From positions 160,001 to 224,000 of the forward strand of contig CAWDRG010000015.1 of assembly GCA_963804645.1 (NCBI GenBank): 64,000 bases of DNA, given 5' to 3'. This DNA comes from an uncultured Bacillota bacterium. Lineage in GTDB: Bacteria; Sysuimicrobiota; Sysuimicrobiia; Sysuimicrobiales; Segetimicrobiaceae. The position numbers were made by a program, and so were the translations under genes. The notes under the pieces were generated by a model. It saw only the letters and a program-made list of their open reading frames with translations, was not told where the DNA came from and did no database searches. This document shows, one piece after another, positions 63,656 through 64,000 of the stretch. Numbering within the stretch: the stretch's first letter is position 1; each line of letters starts with the position of its first letter.

Positions 63656-64000
63656 ATGAATCCTTGGGGACCGTTTGTCGTCTTCATCGTGCTCGGCGTG
63701 GCCTGGACCTGTGTGTGGGCGTGGGCGGTCATCCGGGCGTCGGCGCCACCGGCGTCGTACGATGCCATTTACGCCAAAGGCGGGGCTCTGAGGCGGGCGC
63801 TGTTTCCGGTGCTCGCGGTGGTGCTGGCGGTGGCGTTCCTGGCTTCCATCCGGTGGTTTCCGTATCTCGGCCTGGCGGAAGCACGCCTCGGGCCTCCCAC
63901 GGTCCAGGTCGCCGTGACGTCGAAGATGTGGCTATGGACCATGAGCCAAACGCACGTGCCTGCCGGTACTCCTGTTGAGTTTTCGGTGACCTCGGTCGAC
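63656..64000 (+). CDS. Heme-copper oxidase subunit II-like cupredoxin, partial
   Basis: My translation shows two TM helices, then V.VTSKMWLWTMS..HVPAGTPVEFSVTSVD; GGAGG RBS; runs off the window. Confidence 0.7.
   Translation, partial: MNPWGPFVVFIVLGVAWTCVWAWAVIRASAPPASYDAIYAKGGALRRALFPVLAVVLAVAFLASIRWFPYLGLAEARLGPPTVQVAVTSKMWLWTMSQTHVPAGTPVEFSVTSVD

Overview
High-GC bacterial window, probably from a diderm (it encodes two outer-membrane beta-barrel proteins). The left ~13 kb looks chromosomal. It holds two tandem small secreted peptides beside a probable membrane sensor, an IS5, a peptide ABC transporter, and a thiol-stress cluster: sulfur carrier, SbnI/SerK-like serine kinase, CysM, Mec, Rrf2, SigR/RsrA-type ECF pair and Ppx. 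Two IS elements sit side by side just upstream of an intact initiator tRNA-Met (16605-16681). From that tRNA to ~63355 the sequence is an island cut into units by six further copies of the tRNA 3' end, five of them followed by a related terminator-like hairpin. Three units end in a conserved non-coding module with arm-site-like direct repeats. The small units (0.1-1.5 kb net of IS) carry five toxin-antitoxin pairs, TA debris and a duplicated GNAT gene. One 38-kb unit carries carbon/redox/stress cargo, a MalT-like regulator and a group II intron. I found no integrase in the window. The main candidates for new biology are (1) this integrase-less, tRNA-end-delimited TA cassette array, (2) a cysteine pathway apparently fed by a dedicated free-serine kinase under a SigR-type promoter, and (3) a twin secreted-peptide locus. 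All family assignments are by eye from motifs, with no database search. Many single-base frameshifts may be assembly errors.
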